From: Octopus sinensis
Taxonomy: Eukaryota
Length of the DNA: 64,000 nucleotides
Assembly: GCF_006345805.1 (NCBI RefSeq)
Contig: NC_043000.1
Coordinates: 114,018,001-114,082,000, forward strand
Reading direction: 5' to 3'
Shown: piece after piece, positions 37,865 to 50,859 of the stretch
How the letters are laid out: each line of letters starts with the position of its first letter
How positions within the stretch are numbered: position 1 is the first letter of the stretch
Program-made: the position numbers and the translations under genes
The notes under the pieces: generated by a model
What the model saw: the letters and a program-made list of their open reading frames with translations, nothing else
Database searches by the model: none
Told to the model about the DNA's origin: nothing

Positions 37865-38290
37865 ACGGAATGTCGCTAAGTAGGCGCAGGAGTGGCTGTG
37901 TGGTAAGTAGCTTGTTTACCAACCTCGTGGTTCTGGGTTCATTCCCACTGCGTTGCACCTTGGGCAAGTGTATTCTACTATAGCCTCGGGCCGACCAAAG
38001 CCTTGTCTGTGAATGTGGTTGAAGGAAACTGAAAGAAGCCGGTCGTATATATGTATATATGTATGTGTGTGTATATGTTTGTGTGTCTGTGTTTGTACCC
38101 CCAACATCGCTTGACAACTGATGCTGGTGTGTTTACGTCCTCGTAACTTAGCGGTACGGCAAAAGGATCGATAGAATAAGTACTAGGCTTCCAAAGAATA
38201 AGTCCTGGGGTCGATTTGCTCGACTAAAGGCGGTGTTCCAGCATGGCCGCAGTCAAATGACCGAAACAAGTAAATGAGAAATAAAAGAGA
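37865..38290 (+). mobile_element. SINE family A, full length
   Basis: ggcgcaggagtggctgtgtgg head through gcagtcaaatgaccgaaac tail. Confidence 0.88.
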
Positions 38291-38860
38291 AAGAAGTATT
38301 TTGTCCGGCGTGTGGTAACGGTTCTGCCAGATCACCGCCTTGACGTAGAGAGAGATTACGATTTATTAATTTAACATGATTAGCATAAACACTTTCTCTC
38401 TCTTCGTACGCACAAGCATAACTAGATGTTCACACACACATAGACAGAGAGAAAGATAAAAAGAAAGAGGGAAGGAAAGAATGAGGGAAATATTCAAACG
38501 TCTGATGTCAAATAAGTCAGTGATGAATCAGTGACGCCAAATAGGCGGTGCCAAGTAAGCAGCGCCAAAACGGCTGTGCCAAAACATCTTATAACTACAT
38601 AGTCATAGACACATTTGCATCCAGAGGGAGGAAGGGAGAGGAAGGACTGCGAGAGGGTAGAGAGGGAGAGGAGGGAGAGAAGGGAAAGAGAGGATAGGAG
38701 GGAGAGAGGTTAGAGAGGACAGAGGGGGAGGGAGATAGGGGAGAAGGGGGAAGGGAGGAGGAGAGAGAGGGTAAGGGAGAGAGGGTAGGGGAGAGGAAGG
38801 AGAGAGGATAAGGGAGAGAGGGGAGAGGAGAGATAGGAATTTAGAGAGGGGTGGGAGAGA

Positions 38861-38974
38861 GGGAGTGAGAGAGAAGAGAGGGAGTGAGAGAGAAGAGAGG
38901 GAGTGAGAGAGAAGAGAGGGAGTGAGAGAGAAGAGAGGGAGTGAGAGAGAAGAGAGGGAGTGAGAGAGAAGAGA
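38861..38974 (+). repeat. 19-bp purine minisatellite x6 inside a GA-rich tract
   Basis: gggagtgagagagaagaga unit. Confidence 0.9.
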
Positions 38975-39081
38975 GGGAGAGGGAGTGGAGGGAAAGAGAA
39001 AGAGAGGGGAGGTAGAAAGGCGAAGAGGTTATATTTGAAATTTAAGAATTCTTGCACGTTTCTTCTAATAAAGGAACTGAC

Positions 39082-39205
39082 CTTTTTTTTAAGTTTCGGT
39101 CTTTTTAACAGCAAAACCCCGATCAGCTGCATGGAAGCATAAACGGAGCCCAACATCCAAAAGATGGCCGGTACACGGTCGAGGATATCGGTCTGCTGGA
39201 AATAT
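39082..39205 (-). CDS. MFS transporter exon (TM6): (R)YFQQTDILDRVPAIFWMLGSVYASMQLIGVLLLKRPKLKKK
   Basis: Acceptor tttatttag|A, donor AAG|gtcagt; 124 nt; phase 2 in, phase 0 out, matching both neighbours. Confidence 0.9.
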
Positions 39206-39539
39206 CTAAATAAAAAAATACAGGAATCGGTTAATATAAACTTACACACAGACACACACTCACATACACATATGTATACATAATATATACACACATATAT
39301 AATACATATATATAATACATATATATCTAAGTGCATACATTCATACACATGCACAGACAAACAAAAACATTTTCAAATGATTGTTCCGTAGCATATTCAC
39401 CATCTACTTCAATTTCTGTTTGGCGTTTTGTTTAAATTTTGTGTTGAATAAAATTTATTGAAAAAAAGCTGCAATAATTATATGACTCCATTATAATATA
39501 TGACTCCATTAAAAAATAAATAAAGCTGAGTTGCCTTAC

Positions 39540-39682
39540 CTTTCTCCACTGCTACTCTCTAATGTAGGAGAGTCGTTGTTTGGGTTCAGAATGGCAGTTA
39601 TAGCTTGGTTGAGGATGAATGCCCCAGCGGCGAAACCAGAAACCACAAACCCACTTGTAATACCTCGCTTCGAATCATTCCA
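39540..39682 (-). CDS. MFS transporter (OFA/MCT-like), first visible exon: WNDSKRGITSGFVVSGFAAGAFILNQAITAILNPNNDSPTLESSSGE(R)
   Basis: Acceptor tctttcag|TGG, donor AG|gtaagg; 143 nt, ends phase 2. The W..KRG..SG.VV.GF..GA motif is typical of TM4-TM5 in OFA-family MFS proteins. Confidence 0.9.
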
Positions 39683-39904
39683 CTGAAAGAATGCAAGAAA
39701 AGAGAAGAAAAAAGAAATAACAAAAATATTGAATTCCACCGAAATGAGACGAGAATTATAAATATATTTCTTTACTACCCACAAGGGGCTAAACATAGAG
39801 AGGACAAGCAAGGACAGACAAAGGGATTAAGTCGATTACATCGACCCCAGTGCGAAACTGGTACTTTATTTATCGACCCCCGAAAGAATGAAAGGCAACG
39901 CAGG

Positions 39905-40085
39905 AATGGTTGAGCGGTAAGACGTTTGCTTGCCATCCACATGGTTCCGGGTTCGATACAACTCTGTGACAACTTGGGCAAGTGTCTTCTACTATAGCCT
40001 CGGTTTGACCAAAGCCTGGTGAGTGGATTCGGTAGGCGGAAACTGAAAGAAGCCCATTATGTGTGTTTGTGTCCACCAGCGCTAC
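39905..40085 (+). mobile_element. SINE family A, 5' half
   Basis: catggttccgggttcga...ttgggcaagtgtcttctactatagcctcgg block. Confidence 0.75.
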
Positions 40086-40115
40086 CACCACCACCACCAC
40101 CACCACCACGACCTG

Positions 40116-40211
40116 TTTGAGACCGCGACCTGTTCACTGATAAAATTCTGTGCTGCATCAAAATTTTGACGCAGCACAGAAATTTGTCAGTGAACAGGTC
40201 GCGGTCTCAAA
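40116..40211. repeat. 96-bp palindrome (48-bp arms, no spacer)
   Basis: tttgagaccgcgacctgttcactga...tcagtgaacaggtcgcggtctcaaa; three mismatches seen. Confidence 0.95.
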
Positions 40212-41871
40212 GCGACGAAAATATTTTGACAAATTAAATTTAAATGTTGAAATGAATCTAACGGTTTTTGTGTGTTTCTTAAATGGCTTATAAACACCTT
40301 CCACACTGCAATTGTTTTTGTTTTTTTTAGTTGTAGCGAAAAAACGGTTTCAGCTGTCACGGAGGGATTCGAATTCGTTTCATAACAATGGAATATTGGC
40401 TGATGCAAAAAAAAAAAAAAAACAGCAAAATTTCGCCCGGCGTGCTAACGTTTCTGCCAAGCTCGCCGCCTTGTTTTTACAATGAATTAACACTTTGCTT
40501 CTCATAATCTCGGGGGTCGATAGAATAAGTACCAGTTGTGTACTGAGGTCGATGTAATCGACTTACCCACCCGGTTGCTGGCCTTGTGCAAAAATTTGAA
40601 ACCAATATAAAGCAGTATTAGTATATGGGACATCGTTAGCATCAAAATGTGACAGTATTTGGGAAGCAGAACAACGTTATTCCTAAAAATATGGGATAAC
40701 GTAAGCATGAAAATACTGGAGCATCACTAACATGAAAGACACCGAGTATAAACATCAACACGTGCCAATAAGTTGGGACAATTAAGTAAATTTTTGAAGT
40801 AACTCTATATATGTGATATTTTGATTCTATGAATATTTCATGTTCAGCAAATTATTGCTCTTGTTGTTGTTTTACTTTCAGTTTTCATCAATATTTTATA
40901 GTATTTAACTCACCAACAAAATTCTCACGATTAGACATTAGAGCTAAACTTTACACGAGTTTAGATGCAACGAAATATTTGTGCGTTATACACAAGAAAG
41001 AGATATCTGTTCGATATTCATTAATTATACATTCACGCCACTAAATTAACAGGTAGCACCATTAAATATTAAACTATTCCGAAATCGTTTGATAGCTTTG
41101 AATTTTAATTGAGTCAGTGGGAAAATAAATTAACTCTTTCGTAATCTTTCCGCATTATTATATAAAAGAATTAATGTTTATATACCTGGATAAGGTGTTG
41201 ACAAAATACAAGACAGGATAGGGTATATGGTGTAGGTTCCTGATGGTTAGTTGTACTTTTGTATCGTTATTATGCCTTTAACGCTTTAAGGCCGGGTATA
41301 AATAGCAAGTCTTTTCGTGTAAGACGCAAAAAATATGGGGGGAAATGGATGATAATCAGTTTATAACGCAAATGTGGCTTATATACACCCGTCTTCTTCA
41401 CAATTTAGCAGTGTGTCAATAGGCTACACTCGTCCTCAGCGGAAAAAAAGCATGTTGTGTCAATAAGCTTCAGCCGACCTTAAGGATTAAAATAGATGCA
41501 GACAGGAAACTCAGGTTTTCTACGCCTATACACTTCTCAATTTTGGCTCCAGGAAATTTGGTTATACACACCGTTGACCGCATTATTATATATACTTCGC
41601 TTCTGCTGTCGTGCGAGAAAGCTTCAGCGGTCTTAAAAGAATTATTTTATAGAGGAGATCACCCTTTAAGTATCTTTAAAGGTCACCCTTAAAGCATACA
41701 CAGAATGAAATATAGAAGAGGCCGGTCAGTCAAAGCAAAGATTTTCGACTCGAAGATAAAACAGCCAGATGTGTTGTACATCGATGGTTCCTTCTTGATA
41801 CAAACCCATCCGTAAAAATGGCTGGTCCTGTTGTCAGGGAAATAACAGAATAGCTGGGGTCCCTTCAGCAG

Positions 41872-42022
41872 TATTTTGGAAGTATTTTGAATGTTGCATT
41901 CATGTTGAAAGAATAGATCAAGTGTTGAAGATCAAATGTCGGAGATTAAATGTTGAAAGAATAGATCAATTGATTTATTCCTTCAACATGAACGCAACAG
42001 TCAAAATTCTTCCAAAATATTA
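41872..42022. repeat. ~55-bp inverted repeat
   Basis: gtattttggaagtattttgaatgttgcattcatgttgaaagaatagatcaa and its diverged reverse complement. Confidence 0.8.
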
Positions 42023-42848
42023 CCTGGATTTACCTGTGATTATACTTAAGGACATGTACCTTCACGGAAGTACGGACCAACGTCCATACTCTCTGGAAAA
42101 AGATGAGCTGTGAACTTTATTCTCCTCTCTGTGTTCTTCTTTCGACTGCTTTACTCTTTATTCTCCTTTCTCTTTACTCTTTATTCTCCTTTCTCTTTAC
42201 TCTTTATTCTTCTATCTCTTTACTCTTTATTCTCTTTCTCTTTACTCTTTATTCTTCTATTCTTTATTCTTTACTCTTTATTCTATTAATCTCTTTATTC
42301 TTTACTCGTTATTCTTCTATCAACTGCTTTACTTTTCTTCTATCTACTATTTTATTGCTTTGTAAACTATGAATTCCCTGCCTAGAACTTTCATACATAC
42401 TCACCCTGTCTCTAATGACGGAATATCCAGTGTATGACGATGCTAACCTATCATTTGGAATATCGCAGAAACAGCTGTAAGACATCCAATAATTAATTAA
42501 TTGATTAATTAACTAATTGGTTAATTACCTCAGATTCACCATACTCTAATTTTATATTCTAAATGATTTGAGATACTCGTCCTGTCTTGGTGTTTTGGGC
42601 CTTTTTCCTCTAATATATACATACATATATATATAAATTAGAGAAAAAACCCACCTTTTATCAATTCAAAATGAAAAATTAAATTACACCATCTAGAAAA
42701 TTACATATAATAGAAATATTAAATATAAGATAAAAAATAATATATAAATTTCTAATTTATATATATATTATATTTTGTGAAATTTGATTTAGTATTTCTA
42801 AACTGAATTTTTCCCTGCAAGTTTGGAATAACATTCCCTCAAATTATT

Positions 42849-42935
<87 letters not shown>

Positions 42936-43175
42936 TATGTATCCATACATGTGTGTATGCGTGAGTGTGTGCGTATGTGTGCATGTGTGCGCGCGCGCGT
43001 GTGTGTGTGTGTGATGAAACGCTGTTAACTCTGACCACAAACCCCAACCCTAAACAAGAATAACTCTTTACCAACTGAGTTGATGAATAGCTGTTGTTGT
43101 TGTTGCTGCTGCTGCTGCTGCGCTCTTGTTACAGCTGCTGTTGTATAACCTGATGTCAATTCTATTCCACAATAC

Positions 43176-43409
43176 TTATTTCTTTACTACCCACAAGGGG
43201 CTAAACACAGAGGGGACAAACAAGGACAGACAAACGGATTAAGCCGATTACACCGACCCCAGTGCGTAACTGGTACTTAATTTATCGACCCCGAAAGGAT
43301 AAAAGGCAAAGTCGACCTCGGAAGAATTTGAACTCAGAACGTAGCGGCAGACCAAATACGGCTACGCACTTCGTCCGGCGTGCTAACGTTTCTGCCAGCT
43401 CGTCGCCTT
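43176..43409 (-). mobile_element. SINE family B, full length with 15-bp TSD
   Basis: tctattccacaatac at 43161-43175 and 43410-43424. Confidence 0.92.
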
Positions 43410-43934
43410 TCTATTCCACAATACCAATCACCAAAGCATTCCAGCACCAACATTTTTCTTTTTACCATACACAGTGGGTCGACGACTACACTATCAAACT
43501 AGACATCTTATTAAGAGAGTAATTTGTGATTTGACGTAGATTTAGCTGCTATTTCTTCTTAATCGAGTCATCTCACACACACGCACACAACTTTGCACAA
43601 ATCTAGACATAATGACATTTTTTTCTATGACTTGTAGACTTGTTATTTCCGAATAAACTAATGAAAGAACTTAATGAACAGGGTGTTCCCCATATTTCGT
43701 CCCTAATAATCAAACCAGAGTTGTGTAAAATCAATATCTTCTCGACGCCCCATTGTGTCATATATTAAATTTTAGTGTTGATATTAAGAAGCCATCTTTA
43801 ATTAAGTCAGCCTCGTTCTGAATTACGAACGACACAATGACGTCATGCATGACCCAGATTTTATCTCGTGTGAATGACTTCGAAAATTCTAGAAAGAACT
43901 TTAGCTGCTTTGATGGCTTATATATATGACTTAG

Positions 43935-44275
43935 CAATAAGGCGGCGAGCTGGCAGAAACGTAAGCACGCCGGGCGAAATGCGTAGCCGTATTTCGTCTG
44001 CCGTTACGTTCTGAGTTCAAATTCTGCCGAGGTCGACTTTGCCTTTCATCCTTTCGGGGCCGATAAATTAAGTACCAGTTACGCACTGGGGTCAATGTAA
44101 TCGACTTAATCCTTTGTCTGTCCTTGTTTGTCCTCTCCGTGTTTAGCCACTTGTGGGTAGTAAAGAAATAGGGATTTCGTCTGTCGTTACGTTCCGAGTT
44201 CAAATTCCGCCGTGGTCGACTTTGCCTTTCATCCTTTCGGGGTCGATAAATTAAGTACCAGTTATGCACTGGTAC
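43935..44275 (+). mobile_element. SINE family B dimer (full copy + headless copy)
   Basis: Junction agtaaagaaatagggatttcgtc at about 44160-44180. Confidence 0.85.
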
Positions 44276-45689
44276 GCAATGCTCACCTGGTACTTATTTT
44301 ATCGACCCCAAAAGGTGGAATTTGAACTCACAACGTAAATACGGACGAAATGTCGATATGCATTTTGCCCATTTTGCTAGCTCGTCGAGTTAGAACATGG
44401 CGATGATATTGATTAATAATTTAACTACATTCTACTATAGACTCGAACCGACAAAAGCCTTATGAGTGGATTTGTTGGACGGAAACTGAAAGAATCCCGT
44501 GTGAGTGTGTGTGTTTGCCTACCACCACTACTTGACAACCTGTGTAGGTATGTTTACATCCCCGCAACATAGCGAAATTTCTAACCTGGGTTCTCATTCC
44601 TAAGGTATTTTTCGATGGAGGGTATATCAGCCGAAACTTGTTAACAACAAAGATGAGAACAAATATCCGTCAAATGTAAAGAATGTAAATAATGTACATA
44701 ATTCGTCATCTCTCAAATATAGAACTAAACTATTAGTAGTTCGTATCCTGGAACTGCGCACATGAAATATTTGTTTCTCACTAGATTGAGTACCTTGTTT
44801 CTCGATCTTACCTTAACGGTACAGTAAACTAAATCGATAGATAGATGCTCCAGCATGGCCTCGCCACATATATTTAATCACTAACCAAAGAACGTAACTC
44901 AGTAAGTACTGTTACGTTTAAGATGTGAATGAATACAAATTTTGAATACAATTTTGTACATTGTCGTGGCGTATTATTAGAACTGTTACCTCTTTTGTCG
45001 TAGCAGCTTTGTGAAGATTACGAGGACAATGGTGGACTTATATAATAATGCGTTTTTATGTACCGTAACAGAGTTTGAATATAATCTACGTAGAAACCAT
45101 TCAACAGGACGACCTTCAGTCGGAGACAACAAAATTCCTGTTGTCGGAGAATCATTAGAAATGTGATATTAAGTAAGAAAAGAAATCTATGGGGACACGG
45201 CAGAATTTTCTGAATATTACTTAATACAAACGAACCACAAGGTGTTACAATAGCCATTTACTATCTTGATTGTTCTACAATACGTTTATTATGGATTCGA
45301 AAGTGTTACAGCAAACCACGAGGTGTCCAGTCCTAAGAAGTGACAGAAATAGCCTGAAACCAGGACTGGTTTACTGGTCTTGTCGCTAGGAGATGGTAGA
45401 GGTTCGCTCCCCTGCTCGCAATTTCATCGGATACAGCTGTGTATCGTTAGCCTGCTAAAGGAGAAGTCTTCTTGGGGTTAAAAAATCGCAGGAGAGTCTG
45501 CTCGAATGGACAGCCATGTTAAAGTGGCTACGAATATTACTTGTGAAAACGGAGTGATCACGACCAGAATAATTCTGATCACAGGTCAGCTGAACTACAA
45601 CAGCGATTGTCGTATTCACGTTCGAATTAGCCCCAACGTGTAAAGACTGAATATGCAAGTCATCGTTCTGATTTCCGCAGTTTATTGTG

Positions 45690-46085
45690 CACCCAACCAC
45701 ATGGTTCCGGGTTCAGTCCCACGGCATGGTACCTTGGGCAAGTATCGTCTACTATAGCCTCGAGCCGACCAAAGCCTTATGAGTGGATTTGGTAGACGGA
45801 AACTGAAAGAAGCCCGTCGTATATATGTATATATACGTGTGTGTGTGTGTGTATCTGTGTGTCCTATATATGCATATATATGTATTTGTGTGTCTGTGCT
45901 TGCCCTCCCACCATTGCTAGACAACCGATGCTGGTGTGTTTATGTTCCCATAACTTAGCGGTTCAGCAAAAGCAACCGACAGAATAAGTACTAGGCATAC
46001 AAAGAATAAGTCTCGGAGTCGATTTGCTCGACTAAAGGCGGTGCTCCAACATAGCCGAAGTCAAATGAATGAAACAAGTAAAAGA
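45690..46085 (+). mobile_element. SINE family A
   Basis: Core, internal TG/TA repeat and tail. Confidence 0.82.
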
Positions 46086-46124
46086 GTAAAAGTGATACAT
46101 GTCTACGTGTGGGGGGGGGGGGCT

Positions 46125-46160
<36 letters not shown>

Positions 46161-46255
46161 ACGGGAAGCTTTATGAAAATAAACAAAAGACGAAGGCAGG
46201 TGGAAAACAAACGAACAATTGTATTAGTATGGCGCTCAGGAAATATAATTAAACA

Positions 46256-46298
<43 letters not shown>

Positions 46299-46329
46299 AT
46301 ACATGGTGAGTCCTCAGTACTCTGTAAGG

Positions 46330-46560
46330 AGCATAGGGCCGGTTTCCCGGGTTTTATTGGCGTAAATATATTCCTCCCCGGACTGGACGCCGGTCAGTCG
46401 CAAGATTACTGATTTTGGCCAGCTGAGTGGACTAAAGCAACAGCAATATGAAATGAAGTGTTTTGCTCAAGAACACAACTCGTCGCCCAGTCCAGGAATC
46501 GAAACCACAATCTTACAATCATAAGTTCAACACCTTAACAACTAAGTCATGCGCCTTCAC
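46330..46560 (-). mobile_element. V-domain-like SINE (same family as 13629-13887); partial copy also at 24475-24605
   Basis: Reverse complement similarity to 13629-13850. Confidence 0.75.
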
Positions 46561-46778
46561 ACACACACACACACATACACATACACATATACATAGTTTG
46601 TCACATTTCGTCCGTCTTTACGTTCTGAGTTCAAATTCCGCCGAAGTCGACTTTGCCCTTCATCCCTTCGGATTCGATAAAACAGGCACCAATTGAACTC
46701 TAGCGGTTTGAGATGGTGGAGATGGTGTTAATGCATGTCTTCTGGTTGTTGCATCCGAATAAATACGGTGGTGTTGGT

Positions 46779-46832
<54 letters not shown>

Positions 46833-47184
46833 TTGTGTTGTTGTTGTTTTACCTAATACAGAGATATTCAATTTCCACAAACCAACTCGGTCAGTTTACC
46901 TTCACTTCTATTTTCTTTTTGTTCGTCTTTCAATAGCTGTCATCATTGGTGAAGGTGGTGGTGGTGGTGGTGTTATTGGTGGTTGTAGCAGAGGCGACAG
47001 TGGTTGCGGTGGTGCTGTTGCGTAACTAGATCTGCCTTCGTCCCCAGCTGACGTCAAACTAAAGTCCTTTACGAGTTCGTTCTTTATTATCATCATTATC
47101 ATCATCGTAACCACCCCACCTCCACCACAGTGATCATTATTAGCGTCTTCACCACAACTATCATCATCATCATCATTATCATCC

Positions 47185-47224
<40 letters not shown>

Positions 47225-47231
<7 letters not shown>

Positions 47232-47420
47232 AAGACGGTTAACTGACAGAATTGTAAGACATATCGTCCGTCTTTCGTTCTGAGTTTAAATTCTGCCGAG
47301 GTCGACTGTGCCTGTAGCCTTTCGAGGTCGATGAAATAAAGTACCAGTCGAGTACTGGAGTCAGTGTAATCAACTAGCCCCCTACCACGAAATTTCAAGC
47401 CTTGTGCCTTAAATAGATAG
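47225..47420 (+). mobile_element. SINE family B
   Basis: Family body, alternative tail, between (TTA)n tracts. Confidence 0.78.
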
Positions 47421-47475
47421 AATTATTATTATTATTATTATTATTATTATTTTATTATTATTATTATTATTATTA

Positions 47476-47700
47476 TTGCCTTTGCACAGCTTCTAACGCT
47501 GGAGATGTATTACAGTGTCAGCTGTTCACTACCAGTGAACTAAGGTAACACCCCTTATTTTTCGAGCATCTTCCGGAGTATTTGAGCGGTTCCAAGCAGT
47601 GCTGTTTTCTGCAAGTGCTCCACCCTTAATGCAGCCTCTATTTGTTCCTATTCCCTTCTCAAGGTTTTTACTCACTATTCCCAGTGCTCCGACTACCACC
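47476..47700 (-). mobile_element. Second R4/Dong-type 3' fragment
   Basis: VVVGALGIVSKNLEK...LQKTALLGTAQILRKMLEK* followed by short 3'UTR running into (TAA)n at 47420-47476. Confidence 0.8.
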
Positions 47701-48106
47701 TTTTTGTTGGTTTCCTTACGTCCCCGTAACTTAACGATTCGACAAAAGTGACCGACAGAGTAAGTACTAGGCTTAAAAGAAACAAGACCTGGAGTCGCTT
47801 CATTCGACTAAAAACATTTACTGAAACATGTAGAAGATAAAAGACACCCGAAAATCCTCCTCCGTCGCCGCCGTCACCGCCACCACCCTTAGCAGCAACA
47901 CCAATAGAAATGAAGACACCGCATTTAACGAGTCCAAAGACAATGCGTTTGCAAACGCCGTGTAACAGGAGGAAGAAATGAAATTAATTCCTGAAGAATT
48001 AAAATATGCTAAGAGCCTCCTTACAAGTTTGACCGAAATTTCGAATTAAATATTTTAGAATCTATCCAACAAGAAACTAATCTGAAAGGTGTAACTTATA
48101 AAATGA

Positions 48107-48499
48107 CTAGCAGTATCGCCCGGCGTTGCTCGGGTTTGTTTTGACCCTTTAGAATTGGAATTTTTGAAAAGTAAAAATGTTCATTATGTAGCTTGTTATT
48201 CTCTTCAAGTGAACATTTTTCTGGTTGAAATACACCGAAAAATGACGACACAGCAGTCAAAAAATCGTAAAAAATGGAGATTTTCATAGAAAAAAAAAGC
48301 ACCTTTTTTATGTAAATAATTTTTGGTGTTAACATGGTCCGATTTGAATTTTTTCTTCTACCGAAGGAAGAGCAAGCCTTCTTCTATCATACTCTCAATT
48401 TTGGTCAACTTGCGCCGCAGGGTCTCGAAGGAGAAAGTGTTAGTTGAAGGCTACCAAACCTGCCATACACAGACAACTTCAGCTTTATATAGAGAGAGA
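48107..48499 (-). mobile_element. Non-autonomous Helitron
   Basis: Minus strand A|TC at 48500/48499, 3' hairpin cccgagcaacgccggg, ends CTAG|T at 48107; inserted between A and T without TSD. Confidence 0.85.
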
Positions 48500-49072
48500 T
48501 TGGAATAAATAAAAAAAAAACGGAAAACAGAGCAAGTAACTCAGCAGAGAATACCGAAAAGCGCTTCAAACGAATGCCGCCAGGTAGAGGTGAGATCCCT
48601 TACAAAGGATGATGCCAGGAAGTGTAAGTCCAGAAGCTGCACAAATAAAATTGGTCAGGCCAAGGGATGGAGATATGGATCAAATCGGACCAAAAAATAT
48701 AGAATTCATCCCGAATCTGATAAAACTACGAAGGTACTATACAAGAGATTGGGTTTTATCGTGTGTTTAATTGGTGGTGCACTGACATGCAGCAACTTGA
48801 ACAGATCGATCCACAACCTTCGTCAAATGTATTTCGTCCGTCTTTACGTTCTGAGTTCAAATTCTGCCAAACATTCTTTCAGGGTCGATAAAATAAGTAC
48901 CAGTTGGATACTAGGGTCGACGTATCCGACTTAGTTCCTTTGCCAAAATTGCTGGCCTTATTATTATTATTATTTTATTTTTTTAATAGTAACTCTCATT
49001 ATATTTTGCTAGGTATGATGGAAAGTGTCAGCTGCCCACGACCAGCAGACTAAGATGACACTTGTTTAGTCC

Positions 49073-49402
49073 CTGAATAAGGGTTGTTTAAGGTTGTTGA
49101 ACGAAACACCAATGTTTCCAGAGGTGAACTATTCAAACCCAAAAGAATTCCTCTCAACACATGGCTATGATGCCACAGCCCCCCTCACTACTGCTCGTGA
49201 TCAGAGATGTACATATTGTCAACCACTAAGGGACATGCTCAACTGGTTAAGGTCAAGCAACTGACAAGCAAATCTGTGGAATTGAGCAGAATATTTGCTG
49301 TAGCCCATCATTTATACCATGACAAAACAATGTACATGATAACACTTCCAATCAGTTAAGATCAGAAGCCATGAGAGCCACTGCCTGGTACTACATGAGG
49401 GT
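49073..49402 (+). mobile_element. 5'-truncated copy of the 23881-24436 element
   Basis: Reverse complement match to 23881-24215; intact end abuts (TTA)n. Confidence 0.8.
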
Positions 49403-49407
49403 ATTTA

Positions 49408-49466
<59 letters not shown>

Positions 49467-49518
49467 CACATCATCATCATCATCATCATCATGTTCCGAT
49501 CAATTTCATTCGAGTTTC

Positions 49519-49966
49519 GGATCTTTTCGGTTTGAACGGCAGTTTTTTTCTAGCGGTGTCATATGAAATTGTCACACGTAATTATGACCCTAGTATCGAT
49601 CTATTGCATTTCAATCTGTTTTAGGATTAGGGTTAGGATAGGGTTAGTTAGGGTTAGGATTAGGGGTGGAGGGAAGGGTATCTTTTTTTTCTTCACAAAT
49701 GTAAATAAACCCAATCTGTTTCTTAAACGAGGGACATTTTCATACGGCAGCAGAATGTTTTCATCTCAATAGACGTCATTGATTGGTTGAAATTGCAGAA
49801 ATTGAAGAAAAACAAACAACAAATATCTTACAAACTATAGAATTTTCTCAATAAAGCCAAGAGAAAAAGATGTTTTATAAACACATTCTACCAGTATACG
49901 AAGTTTAAAAGTGTTTAGTTACGTGGAAATTATTTTTAAAAACTGCCGGTCAAACCGAAAAGATCC
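49519..49966. mobile_element. MITE with GG-starting TIRs and 8-bp TSD (Merlin/IS1016-type features)
   Basis: TIR ggatcttttcggtttgaacggcagttttt / aaaaactgccggtcaaaccgaaaagatcc; TSD cgagtttc at 49511-49518 and 49967-49974; internal ttaggg-like repeats. Confidence 0.8.
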
Positions 49967-50859
49967 CGAGTTTCTATAACGCCAACATGTGCTCCCCCCC
50001 TTTCTGTATCTCCAGTTTGTGCAGAACTGATGTTGCCTATTCGTATATGTAGATTTGTTTCTATGCTAAATTTCTTCCTTTTCATATTTGTGGGAAAACT
50101 TTTGTTTATTTCCAGAATTAGAATTATTTTATTGTTTCCTCTCCTTTCCGTATACAATATGTACATTACGATTTGTGTTATTCAACGGTATGGTTTTTGC
50201 GTATAGCAAGAACAGTCAACCTAAAACGTTTGCACCAAAAGCGGTACTACTGGTTTATTGAGTACCAGCTCATAATTATTCAATATGTTTGGTCCTTGTT
50301 AGATCCTGAGACGGCAGCCAGCACCGGTCCATCACAGTTCTTTGTTAATGAGTTTTTAGTTAACACTCCTACCTTACAGAACTATGCTTTGTCTCTCCTA
50401 TGTGAACATTAGCTTTTCTTTTTTTACTTTTCGGATATTAAATTTTTATTTCTTTGCTTTAGTTATCAGAGTGAAAAAGGACATGAGAAAAAAAAAAAAA
50501 ACACAGAACAGTTATAGGAAGTGTGAACAATGAATAGTCGAGAAATTAGCTATTATTTTTAGCAGGTCCTTCAAAAAGACCATTTTACTTTACTCACACT
50601 GGCAAATATGATCTTCATAGAACAGAACATAATAGCTGGCCATAAAGGACGGGAAACTGAAGTAATCGTTCGGGTATGAGTAACGGGAAAATGTTTCTAT
50701 TGGAATCGTTGTTTATTGTTGAATATTTTCGAACTGTTGAACATTGTTGAACTTTGAAAACTTTTGTGCTTTTTCCCGGTGACGAGAGAAAGAACTTGTT
50801 GAAATACTGAAATTATTAATATTGAACTTATTAATATTATTAATATTGAACTTATTAAA

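Noticed and set aside
41290-41400. Possible pogo-like TIR remnant
   Set aside because: Resemblance is faint and no partner end or transposase remnant was found.
42405-42474. Apparent 70-nt minus-strand exon (ttacag| ... |gtgagt)
   Set aside because: The only open frame (CFCDIPNDRL...) is not MFS-like, and the segment lies in a repeat also found at 55.8 kb.
48590-48934. Plus-strand ORF with a hydrophobic LGFIVCLIGGAL stretch resembling MFS TM1
   Set aside because: Wrong strand for the transporter, and it runs into a SINE.
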